This document shows, piece by piece, positions 18,355 to 28,906 of a stretch of DNA of 40,221 nt. Location: contig JBGAJQ010000048.1 of NCBI GenBank assembly GCA_044224875.1, positions 1 through 40,221 of the forward strand, in the 5' to 3' direction. Numbering within the stretch: position 1 is the stretch's first letter; every line of letters starts with the position of its first letter. The position numbers were made by a program, and so were the translations under genes. The notes under the pieces were generated by a model. The model saw only the letters and a list, made by a program, of their open reading frames with translations. It searched no databases and was not told the DNA's origin. The stretch comes from Gemmatimonadaceae bacterium. GTDB taxonomy: Bacteria > Gemmatimonadota > Gemmatimonadetes > Gemmatimonadales > Gemmatimonadaceae.

Positions 18355-19713
18355 TCACTCCGTCAGGCGGTAGACGACTCGGCCGCCCACGATGGTACAT
18401 GTCGCGCGCCCATCGAGCACCATGCCGCGATACGGCGAATTGCGTCCTTTCGACAGGAACGTCGCGGGATCCACGGTCCATTTCCGTGCCGGATCGAAAA
18501 CTGTGACGTCCGCCACACTTCCCTTGCGCAGTGTGCCACCCGGCAGGTGAAAGACACGCGCGGGCGTGCAGGACATGCGGTCTACCAGCGTGGCATAGTC
18601 GATGATTCTGGTGGTCACGAGATTCGTCACCAGGACGGCGAGCGCTGTCTCCAACCCGACGATGCCATTGGGAGCGTCGGAGAACTCGCGCTCTTTTTCG
18701 TCGTAGTGATGCGGGGCATGGTCCGTGGCCACCAAGTCGATCGTGCCGTCCTTCACTGCCTGCTGAAGGGCCTCCACGTCGCGGGCCGTTCGCAGCGGAG
18801 GATTCATCTTGGCGTTGGTGTTGTAGCCCTCGACGGCATCCTCGGTGAGCGAGATGTGATGCGGGCAGACCTCCGCCGTGACGTTGATGCCGCGATCCTT
18901 TCCCCATCGAATCAGCTCCACGGATCCCACGGTGCTCATGTGGCACAGGTGAACGTGCCCGCCTGTGCGACGCGCGAGGAGGATGTCGCGGATCGCCATG
19001 ATTTCTTCCGCTTCGGCCGGGATTCCCTTGAGGCCAAGGCGAGCGCTCACGAGTCCCTCGTTCATGGCGCCACCCTTGGCGAGCGTCGGCTCCTCGCAAT
19101 GGTCTGCGACGGGGATGCCAAACGTGCGCGCGTACTCCAACGCCGTTCGCATCATCTGGGCACTGGCAACGGGCTTGCCGTCGTCCGACACCGCCACCGC
19201 CCCCGCGCCGACCATTTCGCCGAACTCCGCCAAGGCATCGCCCTTTTGCCCTAACGAGACGGCGCCGATCGGGTAGACGCGCGCAGCGCCGGCGCGCAGT
19301 GCCTGGCGGATGATGAACCCGACGGCGGCTTGATTGTCCGTGACGGGATCGGTGTTTGGCATCGCGCAGACCGCCGTAAACCCGCCGGCCGCGGCCGCTC
19401 GCGCGCCCGTCGCGATCGTCTCGACGTCTTCTCGGCCCGGCTCGCGAAGGTGGCAATGGACGTCCACGAACCCGGGCGAGACAATGAGGCCGGAACAATC
19501 GATGACCTCGGTATCCGGTCCATCGCGGCGCACTTCGCCTAACGACGCGCCCGCATGCTCCACGACTCCATTCGAAAGCAGCACGTCGCCGATGAGATCG
19601 ATCCCCGTCGACGGATCGAGCACGCGTCCGCCGCGCAGCAATACCATCGGGGGATGCGCTCCCACACGCTCGACATCGTGTGGTGTTCGAGAACTCACAC
19701 GCGGGCCGCTCAT
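18355..19713 (-). CDS. pyrC: Dihydroorotase (type I)
   Basis: [29 protein letters not shown] and TDHAPH. Confidence 0.95.
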   Translation of the reverse strand: MSGPRVSSRTPHDVERVGAHPPMVLLRGGRVLDPSTGIDLIGDVLLSNGVVEHAGASLGEVRRDGPDTEVIDCSGLIVSPGFVDVHCHLREPGREDVETIATGARAAAAGGFTAVCAMPNTDPVTDNQAAVGFIIRQALRAGAARVYPIGAVSLGQKGDALAEFGEMVGAGAVAVSDDGKPVASAQMMRTALEYARTFGIPVADHCEEPTLAKGGAMNEGLVSARLGLKGIPAEAEEIMAIRDILLARRTGGHVHLCHMSTVGSVELIRWGKDRGINVTAEVCPHHISLTEDAVEGYNTNAKMNPPLRTARDVEALQQAVKDGTIDLVATDHAPHHYDEKEREFSDAPNGIVGLETALAVLVTNLVTTRIIDYATLVDRMSCTPARVFHLPGGTLRKGSVADVTVFDPARKWTVDPATFLSKGRNSPYRGMVLDGRATCTIVGGRVVYRLTE

Positions 19714-20684
19714 CGATCGCCTCCGCCGCTCTTGGCCGCCTCGGCCAGCTCGGGACGACCGCCCGCCAGGAGATACAGGACGGCCATGCGAATGGCGACA
19801 CCGTTCGTCACTTGCTCGAGAATCACGCTATGCTCGCCGTCGGCGACGTCCGAGTCGATCTCGACGCCGCGGTTCATGGGACCTGGGTGCATGATCACGA
19901 TGTGCCGTGGAGCGCGATCCAGCCGTTCGCGCGTCACGCCAAACACCCGGTTGTACTCGCGCAGGGATGGTATGTACCCCGCCTGCATCCTCTCCAGCTG
20001 CAACCGCAGTACGTTGAGCGCCTCGGCCCACTCGATCGCCTCTTCGATCCGCGAGAACACCTGAACGCCCATCTCCTCGATGGCGTTCGGCATGAGGGAT
20101 CGCGGGCCACACACCGCGACGTCCGCTCCCAGCTTTCTCAGCCCCCAGATGTTGGATCGCGCCACGCGAGAATGCAGCACGTCGCCACAAATACAGATCC
20201 GGCGGCCCTCCAGCGTGCCGAACTTGTCTCGCAGGGTGAGCATATCCAGCAGACCCTGCGTGGGATGTTCGTGCGTCCCATCGCCGGCGTTGATCACGTT
20301 GGACTCGATGCGATGCGCCAGGAAATGAGCCGCGCCAGACGCGGCATGGCGAACCACCACCATGTCGATCTTCATCGCCTCCAGATTCCGCGCGGTGTCC
20401 ACCAACGTCTCGCCCTTGGACACACTCGATCCCGAGGCCGCTACGTTCACGGTGTCTGCACTCAACCGCTTCTCCGCGAATTCGAAGGAAATCCGGGTTC
20501 GCGTGGAAGCCTCGAAAAACAGATTCACAATCGTCATCCCGCGCAGCGTCGGGACCTTCTTGATCTGTCGCTCGCTGATCTCCTTGAATGGCTCGGCCGT
20601 GTCCAGGATCAGCCGAATCTGATCGGCACTCAGGAACTCGAGGCCGAGAAGGTCTTTGCCGATTGGCGTCTGAGCGCGCGTCAC
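19710..20684 (-). CDS. pyrB: Aspartate carbamoyltransferase catalytic subunit
   Basis: [31 protein letters not shown] and [11 protein letters not shown]. Confidence 0.97.
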   Translation of the reverse strand: MTRAQTPIGKDLLGLEFLSADQIRLILDTAEPFKEISERQIKKVPTLRGMTIVNLFFEASTRTRISFEFAEKRLSADTVNVAASGSSVSKGETLVDTARNLEAMKIDMVVVRHAASGAAHFLAHRIESNVINAGDGTHEHPTQGLLDMLTLRDKFGTLEGRRICICGDVLHSRVARSNIWGLRKLGADVAVCGPRSLMPNAIEEMGVQVFSRIEEAIEWAEALNVLRLQLERMQAGYIPSLREYNRVFGVTRERLDRAPRHIVIMHPGPMNRGVEIDSDVADGEHSVILEQVTNGVAIRMAVLYLLAGGRPELAEAAKSGGGDR

Positions 20685-21241
20685 GCGGCACCCTCGCTCG
20701 TGCGCACGAGCACCACGGAGTCTTCGCCATCGAGTTCGGTGACTCGCACATCGATTCGCGAGCCGCCGTCACCCTGGATATCCACGCGCTTGCCCACGAT
20801 ATCCGCGTGAATCGGCAACTCGCGTCCGCCCCGATCGACCAGCACGGCGAGCGCGATGCGCGCCGGGCGACCAAAGTCCGCGAGCTCATCCAGCGCGGCG
20901 CGAACGGTACGGCCCGTGTACAGGACGTCATCGACAATCACGACTCGCTTGCCGTCGAGCGCCCACGGGAGGTCGGTTCGCCCAACAACCGGGCGAGGTC
21001 CGACGGTTTGCAGGTCGTCGCGATACAGCGTGATGTCCAGGGCGCCCCGAGGAACGACTGCCCCTTCGCGCTCTTGAAGGAGGTCCGCCAAGCGATTGCT
21101 CAGCTGTACACCGCGACGCTGGATCCCGACCAGAACGACGTCCTCGACGCCGCTAAAAAGCTCGACGATTTCGTCAGCCATTCGTCGCAGCGTTCGCGAG
21201 ACGGCCTTGGCGTCGAGCACGATCTGTTGTTGGGCTGGCAT
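20681..21241 (-). CDS. pyrR: PyrR (pyr regulator / uracil phosphoribosyltransferase)
   Basis: [30 protein letters not shown] and DRGGRELPI. Start placed at MPAQQQ. Confidence 0.95.
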   Translation of the reverse strand: MPAQQQIVLDAKAVSRTLRRMADEIVELFSGVEDVVLVGIQRRGVQLSNRLADLLQEREGAVVPRGALDITLYRDDLQTVGPRPVVGRTDLPWALDGKRVVIVDDVLYTGRTVRAALDELADFGRPARIALAVLVDRGGRELPIHADIVGKRVDIQGDGGSRIDVRVTELDGEDSVVLVRTSEGAA

Positions 21242-21287
21242 GGTGCGGCGCAATTTGGTGCACTGCCGAGCCAAAATGAAGCCGCGA

Positions 21288-22523
21288 CTACGTCGTGACG
21301 ACCTCGCCCTGCCGTTTGTGCCTCTTTTGCTGGTAGAGCATGCTGTCCGCCGTCGCGAGCAATTCCTCAACCGAGGGCGGCGAAACGGGATCGAAGCGCG
21401 CGACACCCACACTGAGCGACAGACGATACGGTCGCCCGTCCAGTGCATTGCGGTCGTGCAGCTCTCCACGCAATCGCGTAATGATCGTGTCCGTCGCGCC
21501 GGGGCCAGGATCCGAGGCAAGCACCACAAACTCGTCGCCGCCGAGTCGGGCGATGATATCGGAATCGCGGAACGTCTTCTTCAGGATCTGGGATGCGCGA
21601 ACGAGTGCGGCGTCCCCTTCGGCGTGACCGTGGTTGTCGTTGATTTCCTTGAAGTCGTCCATGTCCACAAACAACAGTAGCAGCTCACGATGTCCGCGTT
21701 TCGCCAGCTTCAACTGTTGTTGGGCCAGGGTCAGGAAGCCGCGGCGGTTGTACAGTCCCGTCAACTCGTCGACAAGGGACAACGAACGCAGCGCCTCCTC
21801 CTGCCGCTTCCGCTCGGTCACGTCGCGGGAGAAAATGGCGACACCATCCGGCAGCGGTACCACCTGCTGATGAATCCACGCTGCGTGCACCGCCGGCGTG
21901 CGCACGTCAAACTCATCTTCGAGCAGCTGCTGCCGCTCGAGGACCTCTACGTACTTCTCGAAATACCCATCCGTCCGATTGACTGGAATCAACTCGCAGA
22001 GTCGTTGACCGAGGATCTGGTGGCGCGGCAACCCCAGGAGTGTCTCGGCCTTCGCATTGATGTCGACGAATTCAAAGTCGACGACCTTGCCGTCACCTTG
22101 GCGCACGGCGCGCAAGACATAGAACGCGTCCAGGCTGCCATCGGCCGCCGCGCGAAATCGAGCTTCGCTGTCACGCAGGGCGTCCTCAGCCTCGCGTCGG
22201 GCGACGAAGTCGTTCCGGAGGATGAGGAATGCCAGCGGCGCGAGCATCAACGTGAGCACAAGCCCGAATCGGACGATGACCGAGGCGCGGTGCGCGCCGG
22301 CGACGGCGGCTTCGGCTTCCCTCCGTACGGCGTCTGGAACATCCGAAGCGTTAGGCGCCACCGCGCCACCCTCGGGATCAACGCCCGCGCGCTCCACGGC
22401 GATTTTCGTCACGGCATTCGAGAGATCACGCGTCGCACGTGACGCAACGATGCCCGTGGCCACCAGGATGACCAAGGCGGCACCGAACGCCAGTGTGAGT
22501 TTTTGACCGATTGAGAGCCGCAT
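21288..22523 (-). CDS. Membrane-bound PAS-GGDEF diguanylate cyclase
   Basis: Two TM segments, PAS domain, DELTGLYNRR, RDSD I-site and GGDEF. Confidence 0.92.
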   Translation of the reverse strand: MRLSIGQKLTLAFGAALVILVATGIVASRATRDLSNAVTKIAVERAGVDPEGGAVAPNASDVPDAVRREAEAAVAGAHRASVIVRFGLVLTLMLAPLAFLILRNDFVARREAEDALRDSEARFRAAADGSLDAFYVLRAVRQGDGKVVDFEFVDINAKAETLLGLPRHQILGQRLCELIPVNRTDGYFEKYVEVLERQQLLEDEFDVRTPAVHAAWIHQQVVPLPDGVAIFSRDVTERKRQEEALRSLSLVDELTGLYNRRGFLTLAQQQLKLAKRGHRELLLLFVDMDDFKEINDNHGHAEGDAALVRASQILKKTFRDSDIIARLGGDEFVVLASDPGPGATDTIITRLRGELHDRNALDGRPYRLSLSVGVARFDPVSPPSVEELLATADSMLYQQKRHKRQGEVVTT

Positions 22524-22660
22524 GGCGCGAGTGAGGGTCGAGACGGACGCGCAAGCCCGCGGGGCTGATCGTCCACATCTCCTGACGCGCCAATAATATG
22601 CGCGTCACCATTCCCTGCTCCCCGGCTGTCGTGTTTGGTGACAGCTCGCGCGGAAAGACG

Positions 22661-23350
22661 TTACAGGGCGAGGTCGTCGAGCTCCCGACCCTGCCCTCGC
22701 GAAGGACGGTCAGCGATCGGGAGTCGCGTTGGGGGAAGCTCCCCAAAGTCGAAGTCGCCCGCATCCTTGGCGCCTTCGGCCGCCAAGGGGATCGCAACCT
22801 CCCGATCCGATCGAATGAGTGTGAAGGCGGGGACCGAAGTGGTAACGACGGGGATGGGTTGGGCTTCGGCGCGAATCCGGTTCACCAAGAGGAACCCCGT
22901 CCGGCACAGCAACGCCAGGCCGCTGTATGCGGCGAGGTCAGCCACGTTCAAGACCAGGGCAGATGCTTGTCCAGTCCGAACCGCGATGAAGTCCACCACG
23001 CCGTGGGGCGAAACAATGAGGCTCGTGAGGTTCCCCAGCGCGCCGCCAACAATGAGACCCAACGCGTACGGGGCGAGTCGATCGACACGCGCCAGATCGC
23101 GACTGACGGGGACCATGAGACCGATAGCAGACAACGTCAGCGCGAGATTGAGCTGACGGGTGTACGTTCCGAAGGAAAGGCCGAACGCCCCCAAGTCGTT
23201 GTGGACCACCGCCAAGCGCAGCCAGTTGGTCAGTTCCACCGCGGTGCCAGTGAGAAGTGACGCCGCCGCCGACTTCGTCGAGAGGTCGCCAATAGCGACC
23301 ACCAGCGCGATCTGCGCGAGCAAGCTGAGATGCGAGGGGGTTTTCTTCAC
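22661..23350 (-). CDS. Signal peptidase II (LspA)-like protein, atypical
   Basis: DLSTK, HNDLGAFG, GGALGN, GVVDFI and NVAD are present; GNLxDR reads GNLTSL; long C-terminal tail. Start uncertain. Confidence 0.78.
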   Translation of the reverse strand: MKKTPSHLSLLAQIALVVAIGDLSTKSAAASLLTGTAVELTNWLRLAVVHNDLGAFGLSFGTYTRQLNLALTLSAIGLMVPVSRDLARVDRLAPYALGLIVGGALGNLTSLIVSPHGVVDFIAVRTGQASALVLNVADLAAYSGLALLCRTGFLLVNRIRAEAQPIPVVTTSVPAFTLIRSDREVAIPLAAEGAKDAGDFDFGELPPTRLPIADRPSRGQGRELDDLAL

Positions 23351-23473
23351 GCCGCCAAGATCTCCTTTGAACGGGAGAGCGCAAGTGGCGAGCTGGCGGC
23401 GCGCATGAAGACCCGAACGCACTCTGGCGATCTGCAAGACCGCATGCGCGCCTCCGCTCGGGACGCTAGAAAA

Positions 23474-23489
23474 AGCAGGTGCTGTGCCA
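23474..23489 (-). promoter_or_regulatory. Putative sigma54 -24/-12 promoter of the lspA-like gene
   Basis: Minus strand reads TGGCACAGCACCTGCT (GG-N10-GC). Confidence 0.55.
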
Positions 23490-23502
23490 CGATTAGGAGT
23501 GG

Positions 23503-23537
23503 AAAGTGCCGCCGGATCGGACGAAATCCGGCGGCAC
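23503..23537 (-). terminator. Hairpin, probable terminator after the DUF2231-like gene
   Basis: Perfect 12-bp stem GTGCCGCCGGAT-N8-ATCCGGCGGCAC, followed by TTT on the minus strand. Confidence 0.55.
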
Positions 23538-23611
23538 GTGCCTCGGTCCGTTGCGCGCGAGCGACAGGTCGCGGCGCGGCCCGCGACGGTATGCCAACCT
23601 GATGACGAACC

Positions 23612-24439
23612 CTACTTGAGCGAGTCCAGCTTGGCCTGCAGTCGCGGATTGCCGGGCATGTCTTTCATGAGTCCCTCGATCATTACCCGGGCGGAGTCCT
23701 TCATGCCCGACGCAATGAACGCGTCCGCCTTCATCGACGCGATCTGTCGCTTGAGCCGGTCATTACCAGCTGCAACCTGTATGGAGTCGAGCGCGGCGAT
23801 GGCGCCGGCGGGATTTCCACTGTCGCGGAACATGGACTCGATCGCCAGCAGCTTGATGGTCTGGTCACTCGGCCACCGGCGCTGCATTTCGCCGATGAGC
23901 TGCGCCGCCTCCGCGCCCTTCCCTTCCTTGCGATCGAGCATCGCCTGATGGTAGAGGCCGGCCAGGAGCAGGCGACCGACGTCGTCCGGATTGCCCGTAC
24001 GAATGCCGACGCCACCAGCGTAGGAGTACACCAGCTCCCCCCCATGCTCGCCCGTCTCAAACAAGGCGAACGCACCCACCAAGCCTAACGCGGCCGAGCC
24101 GTAGTAGGCGAACTTTCGCTTATCCGCGGCCACAAAAAGTCCCAGCAGCTCCAACGCCGCAATGCCGAAGAAGATGTTGCGACTGCGCTCTCCCCATTCC
24201 TCGTGATCCTCAACCGCGGAGCGCGCGCCCGGGACCCGCTCCACCGGACCGTGCGCGTCCAACCCCGACTTCACGCCGACATAGCCGGCCACGCCGCCGA
24301 GCAGCAAGAGTGTGGTCGCCGCGGGATTCATCCAATTCCACTTGCCGGCGAGCGACAAGACGCGAAGGGCAACGCCAATGAGGCCAAGGCCGATGACCAT
24401 ATGGACGACATACGGGTGCATCGATCCGATGTTAGGCAT
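23612..24439 (-). CDS. DUF2231-like membrane protein with C-terminal TPR-like helices
   Basis: HPYVVH, HEEWG and GEHGGELVYSYAGGVG with four TM segments. Start placed at MPNIGSMHP. Confidence 0.75.
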   Translation of the reverse strand: MPNIGSMHPYVVHMVIGLGLIGVALRVLSLAGKWNWMNPAATTLLLLGGVAGYVGVKSGLDAHGPVERVPGARSAVEDHEEWGERSRNIFFGIAALELLGLFVAADKRKFAYYGSAALGLVGAFALFETGEHGGELVYSYAGGVGIRTGNPDDVGRLLLAGLYHQAMLDRKEGKGAEAAQLIGEMQRRWPSDQTIKLLAIESMFRDSGNPAGAIAALDSIQVAAGNDRLKRQIASMKADAFIASGMKDSARVMIEGLMKDMPGNPRLQAKLDSLK

Positions 24440-24554
24440 GATGAGCGGGGCTGTGGTGGAGGCTCGCAGGAACGAACACGCCTGCAATCTGTCGCTTCTT
24501 CACCCGACGCGCCAACCGCGCCGCCGAATTTCGGAATGACGTCTGATCGCTGCC

Positions 24555-25940
24555 CTATTTCTTTCGCCGCGCCAGCAGGACCTGGAGATCCACGCGGGTC
24601 TGGACGGTGTCCATGATGAGCGGCTGCCATGGCCCACAGCGCTCGATCGTGGGTCCGATGCGGCGGAGGAAGGCCCCCCGCGCCATCACGACCTGACTGG
24701 AACACGCCGTTTGCGGCGATTCCATGATCCACGGGGTCGTTTTCCATGGACGGGACCCGGAACCTAACGACACCGCGCGCACGCCCGCGTCCATCGCCAC
24801 GGTCAGCTCTGGCGCCGTCTGCCGAGCGAGCGTCCGCGCCACGAGCAGGGCCGGTGCGCTGGGGTACGTCCCCATGAACTCCGGGGCCACCGCGCGCCAT
24901 TCAGGTACGATCGCCAACAACACGGCGACGCCCATCACGCCGCGACCCCAACCGGCACGGGGATGCGGCCACATGGACGCGCTTGCCGCGACCACCGAAA
25001 CCCATGGCAACAGGAATCGCACAAACAGGGTGCCACCCGTGGCCACGTTCGCCACCGTGACGATCGAAAAGCCAGCCGCCGCCAGCGCTAGTTCCACAAG
25101 CGCGCCATGCCTCACCTCCGCTTCGTCGCCGGCGGCGCGGCGGCGCGCCTCGAGCGCCACGGTCGCCACGCCCAGAACGACAAGCGGAAGCGCGAAATGC
25201 GACCACGGATGCGCCGTGTCCAGAAAACCCCAACGTCCACGAATCTGTTCGATCGTGACCGATTCGAAGATCGCGTGCGCCACCGACGACGCGCCGAACC
25301 GCCCGGTCCATAGCGCGTCCACCAGGGCCGTTCCAACCACCCCACCGCCCAGCGGGGCGCACACGAGTAGCCACCACCCCTTCTCGCGCCGGAAGAACCG
25401 GAGTGCGCCTAACGTCAGTCCGACTCCAACGACCTCGGGTCGGAAGAGCGCCGCCACGGCCAACCACAACGCCACGCGCTGCACGCGAGCCTCGCGCAAC
25501 CCAAACAGCACGAACGCCCAGCCCCACGCGACAGACCCGCCGTCCAACGTGGCGCGCCACGCCAGGGGTATGGCGAGAAGTGCTGCCACGTTGAGCGGAG
25601 CGGCCATCTGCGAGCGGGACGCCCATCGCCCTTGGGCAAGAGCGAGTAGTCCGCATGCAGTAACGCCAAGCAGCGCGAGATAGCGCTCCGGCGTCTGTCC
25701 AAAGGCAACGGCAGGCGCGAGCACGAGCAGGTGCCCGAGCTTTGGTACGTGCCCAAGGGACTCCGGCGTGAGCGGTCGCTCACCAAGGGCGCGAACCAGT
25801 CCCACCCCATACCAGACATCGATGTCCGGCCCAATCCATCCAAGCGTGGCGATCCCGCTGGCCACGATGCCAGCGATAGCAACCGGTAGCAGCCAGGGGC
25901 GATGAGCGCCTGACGCGAAAGGGATGAGTAGCCGGTTCAT
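24555..25940 (-). CDS. Polytopic membrane protein, possible GT-C-type glycosyltransferase
   Basis: About 10 hydrophobic segments, acidic first loop (PDID), RPE and RFLLP motifs. Function is inferred. Confidence 0.55.
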   Translation of the reverse strand: MNRLLIPFASGAHRPWLLPVAIAGIVASGIATLGWIGPDIDVWYGVGLVRALGERPLTPESLGHVPKLGHLLVLAPAVAFGQTPERYLALLGVTACGLLALAQGRWASRSQMAAPLNVAALLAIPLAWRATLDGGSVAWGWAFVLFGLREARVQRVALWLAVAALFRPEVVGVGLTLGALRFFRREKGWWLLVCAPLGGGVVGTALVDALWTGRFGASSVAHAIFESVTIEQIRGRWGFLDTAHPWSHFALPLVVLGVATVALEARRRAAGDEAEVRHGALVELALAAAGFSIVTVANVATGGTLFVRFLLPWVSVVAASASMWPHPRAGWGRGVMGVAVLLAIVPEWRAVAPEFMGTYPSAPALLVARTLARQTAPELTVAMDAGVRAVSLGSGSRPWKTTPWIMESPQTACSSQVVMARGAFLRRIGPTIERCGPWQPLIMDTVQTRVDLQVLLARRKK

Positions 25941-25984
25941 GATGATGGGACGACTGGACAGCCCTGAGCGTTCGCTTAGCTTCT

Positions 25985-26011
25985 TCGATTCATGGATTAT
26001 TCATGAATCGA
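25985..26011. promoter_or_regulatory. Perfect 10-7-10 inverted repeat, probable operator
   Basis: TCGATTCATG-GATTATT-CATGAATCGA; AT-rich, in a divergent intergenic region. Confidence 0.6.
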
Positions 26012-26119
26012 GGTTAGCCTTGCAATGCGATTGCTCGGTCGATTCACGCGCAACGCGCAACCTCTTCGCCGTCAGACGCGCAACTGCGCAGATCCTCACA
26101 CCCTGACCGCCACTATCGA

Positions 26120-28183
26120 ATGCCACAGTCACTTCGACAACTGGTCGTCCGCGGGATGCTGGTCATGGCACCCACGAGCGCCGTGTTCGCCCAGGAAAAG
26201 GCGACCCCCATCAAGCCCGTGGAGGTCGTCGCAACTCGTATCCCGGAGTCGCCACACGACGTGCCGGCATCCATCGAAGTCATCAGCGGCGAGGATCTGC
26301 GCGCACGTGGCGTGTCGACGCTCCGCGACGCGCTGTCACTAGCGGCAGGGGTTGCGATTGCGCCGGGTGGAGACAGTGGGCCAGCGAGTGCCGTACCTGA
26401 GTTCTGGGGACTACGGGAGTTCGACGCGTTCTTGCTGGTGGTGGACGATGTGCCGTGGGGCGGCGCCTTGAATCCAGCCATCGCCACGCTGAGCCTGCGG
26501 GATGTGGATCGGGTAGAGGTGCTCCGCGGTCCAGCTCCGGTCACATACGGCGCCACGTCCTTTGTTGGGGTCATCCACGTCGTGCACTCTCCGTCAGCTG
26601 CAAATGCGCGGTACGCCGAGGCACACGGCGGTAGCTACGGGACAGGCGGCGCCGGAATCGACCTGGCGCTGCCGAAGGCCGGCGACTGGAGTTCCCGCCT
26701 GTCGCTGGACTTCGATCGCCAGGGCTTCAAGGACGACAACACGTCCTACGCACGCGGTCACGGTCTGCTTCGCACATCGCGTGGCGACGCGACTCATCGG
26801 ACGTGGTTGTCCGCGGACGTCAACATCCTGCGACAAGATCCGGCGAGCCCGCATCCACGTGAGGGCCCTTCACTATCCGCGGCGACACCCCTGGACGCGA
26901 ACTACAACCCGGACGGCGCATTCATGAACGAGAATCGCATCGCGATCTCGGCGGGCATGGAGCGTCCGGTCATGGGCAACGCCACCTGGGGCAGTACGGC
27001 GTCCTACACCTTCTCAGGCCAGCAGCTGTTTCGCGGATTCCTCACCGACATTTCGAACAGCGCCAACAACGCGGCAGGGGTACGCGAAAACATAGATGTG
27101 AACGATATCTACGCCGACACGCACCTCCTGTGGCCGAGCGGGTCGCAGTGGCGCTTTATGGCGGGAGCCGACGCCTTGTTCGCCAACGGTGAAGCAAAGG
27201 GCGCCACGTTCAATTACACGGCCCCACTTGTCGCCAGCTCGCCGCCCGCGGTGACAGAACCCACGGACCTGAGCCTCGACGCTGGCGTTCGCCGGTTGTT
27301 CATGGGCGCCTATGGCTCGAGCGAATGGCGTCCGTCCACTCGGTTCTTGCTGAGCGCCGGCCTGCGTCTCAATGCAACCAACGAGCGCCACGGCGAGTCG
27401 GCGGAGTCGAGCACCCACACGCGCCTCAGCGGGAATCTCGGTGCGACCTTGGGACTCTGGGAACAAGGGGCGAACCACGTGAAGGCATTCGCCAACTACC
27501 GGGACACGTTGAAGCCTGCGGCATTTGACTTTGGCCTGGGTGAGGACGAGGCCGAAGAGGGCTCGGTGTTGGATCCGGAAACGTCGCGCAGCTACGAAGG
27601 AGGACTCAAGCTGCGTGGCGCCGACGGGCGCGTGGATGTGGAAGCAAGCATCTTCCGGATGGACTTCACGAACCTCGTGACGGCCACGATTGTGAACAAC
27701 CAGCCCGCCCTGATGAATTCCGGAGAGACTCGCTTCCAGGGATTTGAGCTGGCGACGGACCTTCGGCTGCCGCAATCCGTGTCAGCGCGAGCCAGCTACA
27801 GCTTCCACGACGGCAAGTTCGTCGACTTCGTGCAGGACTTCGACGGCGTCGCCACGCAGTTGGGTGGAAAGCGGTTCGAGATGTCCGCTCGCACCCTTGC
27901 GTCGGCGGGCTTCACGTACGCGCCGCCACGCGGGTTGCTCGCCAGCATCGCCGTGAATTACACGGGCGACCGCTACCTCAACAAGCGGAACACGGCCCTC
28001 GCGCCCGCGTTTACGACGATCGACGCCGGGGTAGGCATTCGCGTGAACGACTTCGAGCTTCGCCTCGATGGCCGGAATCTGGGCGACCGACGCGACGCCG
28101 TGTCGGAGAGTGAGTTCGGGGACGCCCAGTACTACCGCATGACCGCCCGCAGCGTGGTCGCGCGGGTGGTCATGCGATACTAG
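26120..28183 (+). CDS. TonB-dependent receptor
   Basis: Signal peptide, TonB box (VEVVATR), plug (RVEVLRGPAPVTYG), LDPETSRSYEGG, RNLGD and a terminal aromatic residue. Confidence 0.92.
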   Translation: MPQSLRQLVVRGMLVMAPTSAVFAQEKATPIKPVEVVATRIPESPHDVPASIEVISGEDLRARGVSTLRDALSLAAGVAIAPGGDSGPASAVPEFWGLREFDAFLLVVDDVPWGGALNPAIATLSLRDVDRVEVLRGPAPVTYGATSFVGVIHVVHSPSAANARYAEAHGGSYGTGGAGIDLALPKAGDWSSRLSLDFDRQGFKDDNTSYARGHGLLRTSRGDATHRTWLSADVNILRQDPASPHPREGPSLSAATPLDANYNPDGAFMNENRIAISAGMERPVMGNATWGSTASYTFSGQQLFRGFLTDISNSANNAAGVRENIDVNDIYADTHLLWPSGSQWRFMAGADALFANGEAKGATFNYTAPLVASSPPAVTEPTDLSLDAGVRRLFMGAYGSSEWRPSTRFLLSAGLRLNATNERHGESAESSTHTRLSGNLGATLGLWEQGANHVKAFANYRDTLKPAAFDFGLGEDEAEEGSVLDPETSRSYEGGLKLRGADGRVDVEASIFRMDFTNLVTATIVNNQPALMNSGETRFQGFELATDLRLPQSVSARASYSFHDGKFVDFVQDFDGVATQLGGKRFEMSARTLASAGFTYAPPRGLLASIAVNYTGDRYLNKRNTALAPAFTTIDAGVGIRVNDFELRLDGRNLGDRRDAVSESEFGDAQYYRMTARSVVARVVMRY

Positions 28184-28204
28184 CGATTGTTGGGTACGCG
28201 GGGA

Positions 28205-28870
28205 TCACCAGGCCGGAGCGATGGCGTCCACGTCGCTCTGCGCCTGGGCCGGATTCGTTAGGCTCCCGGGCGGTTGCGGACAACAGGCCTTTCGGTCGCA
28301 GGTGTAGCAGAGATAAATCCGCCCTCCCTGTGTGAAGCGGCGCGCCTCGGCGTTCATGGTAGTGATCGGCGTGTTGGACACGAACATCCGCACGTCTTTC
28401 CTCGAGGTCAGACCCAGCAGGCGCGCCTGCCAGACCCCAGCGGTTGTCAGTCGCACCAACACGTACGACAGGCCCGACTCGAGGTAGGGGAAGTCGCCCG
28501 ACGTAGGGCCACTGCGAATGATGCAACCGATAGCCCGAAAGGTGTGGTCCTGCAGCTCCGTGGCGGTATGGTTGACGCTGCCCTCCTCGACGCACAATTC
28601 GATCGAGCCTGGGCGGCCCGCAGAATCGGTGAGGACCGAACCCGCGGCGGTCATCAGTCGGTACACCTGATTTCGCCCGTAGTCATAGAAAGCGGAATCT
28701 GACAGCGTGTCCCCGCTGAAGGCGGGCGTCTTGCGGAGCGTGTCGGCAGTCGCGGCAAATGCTCGCGACTCCCCCGCCGTCTGCTGCAACGCCATCCCCG
28801 AACAGCCCACCGTCAGCACAACCGCGCATCCAAGGGATGCCAACCCCCGCGCGAACCTATGTCGATGCAT
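28205..28870 (-). CDS. Hypothetical Cys-rich exported protein, probable lipoprotein
   Basis: Basic N-terminus, hydrophobic stretch and TVGC lipobox-like motif; C-terminal CYTCDRKACCP; G-rich RBS; starts 36 bp after the kinase stop. Confidence 0.6.
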   Translation of the reverse strand: MHRHRFARGLASLGCAVVLTVGCSGMALQQTAGESRAFAATADTLRKTPAFSGDTLSDSAFYDYGRNQVYRLMTAAGSVLTDSAGRPGSIELCVEEGSVNHTATELQDHTFRAIGCIIRSGPTSGDFPYLESGLSYVLVRLTTAGVWQARLLGLTSRKDVRMFVSNTPITTMNAEARRFTQGGRIYLCYTCDRKACCPQPPGSLTNPAQAQSDVDAIAPAW

Positions 28871-28906
28871 CGCGTCCCCCCAACGTAAGGTGGAATGCCG
28901 CTGAAC

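Noticed and set aside
18338..19801. 487-aa alternative-frame ORF over pyrC (also 19828-20937 and 28857-30539)
   Set aside because: Arg/Gly/Pro-rich off-frame translations that lack stops because of GC content.
23599..23610. CTGATGA-CGAA, resembling a hammerhead ribozyme core
   Set aside because: No stem II between the core segments and no flanking helices.
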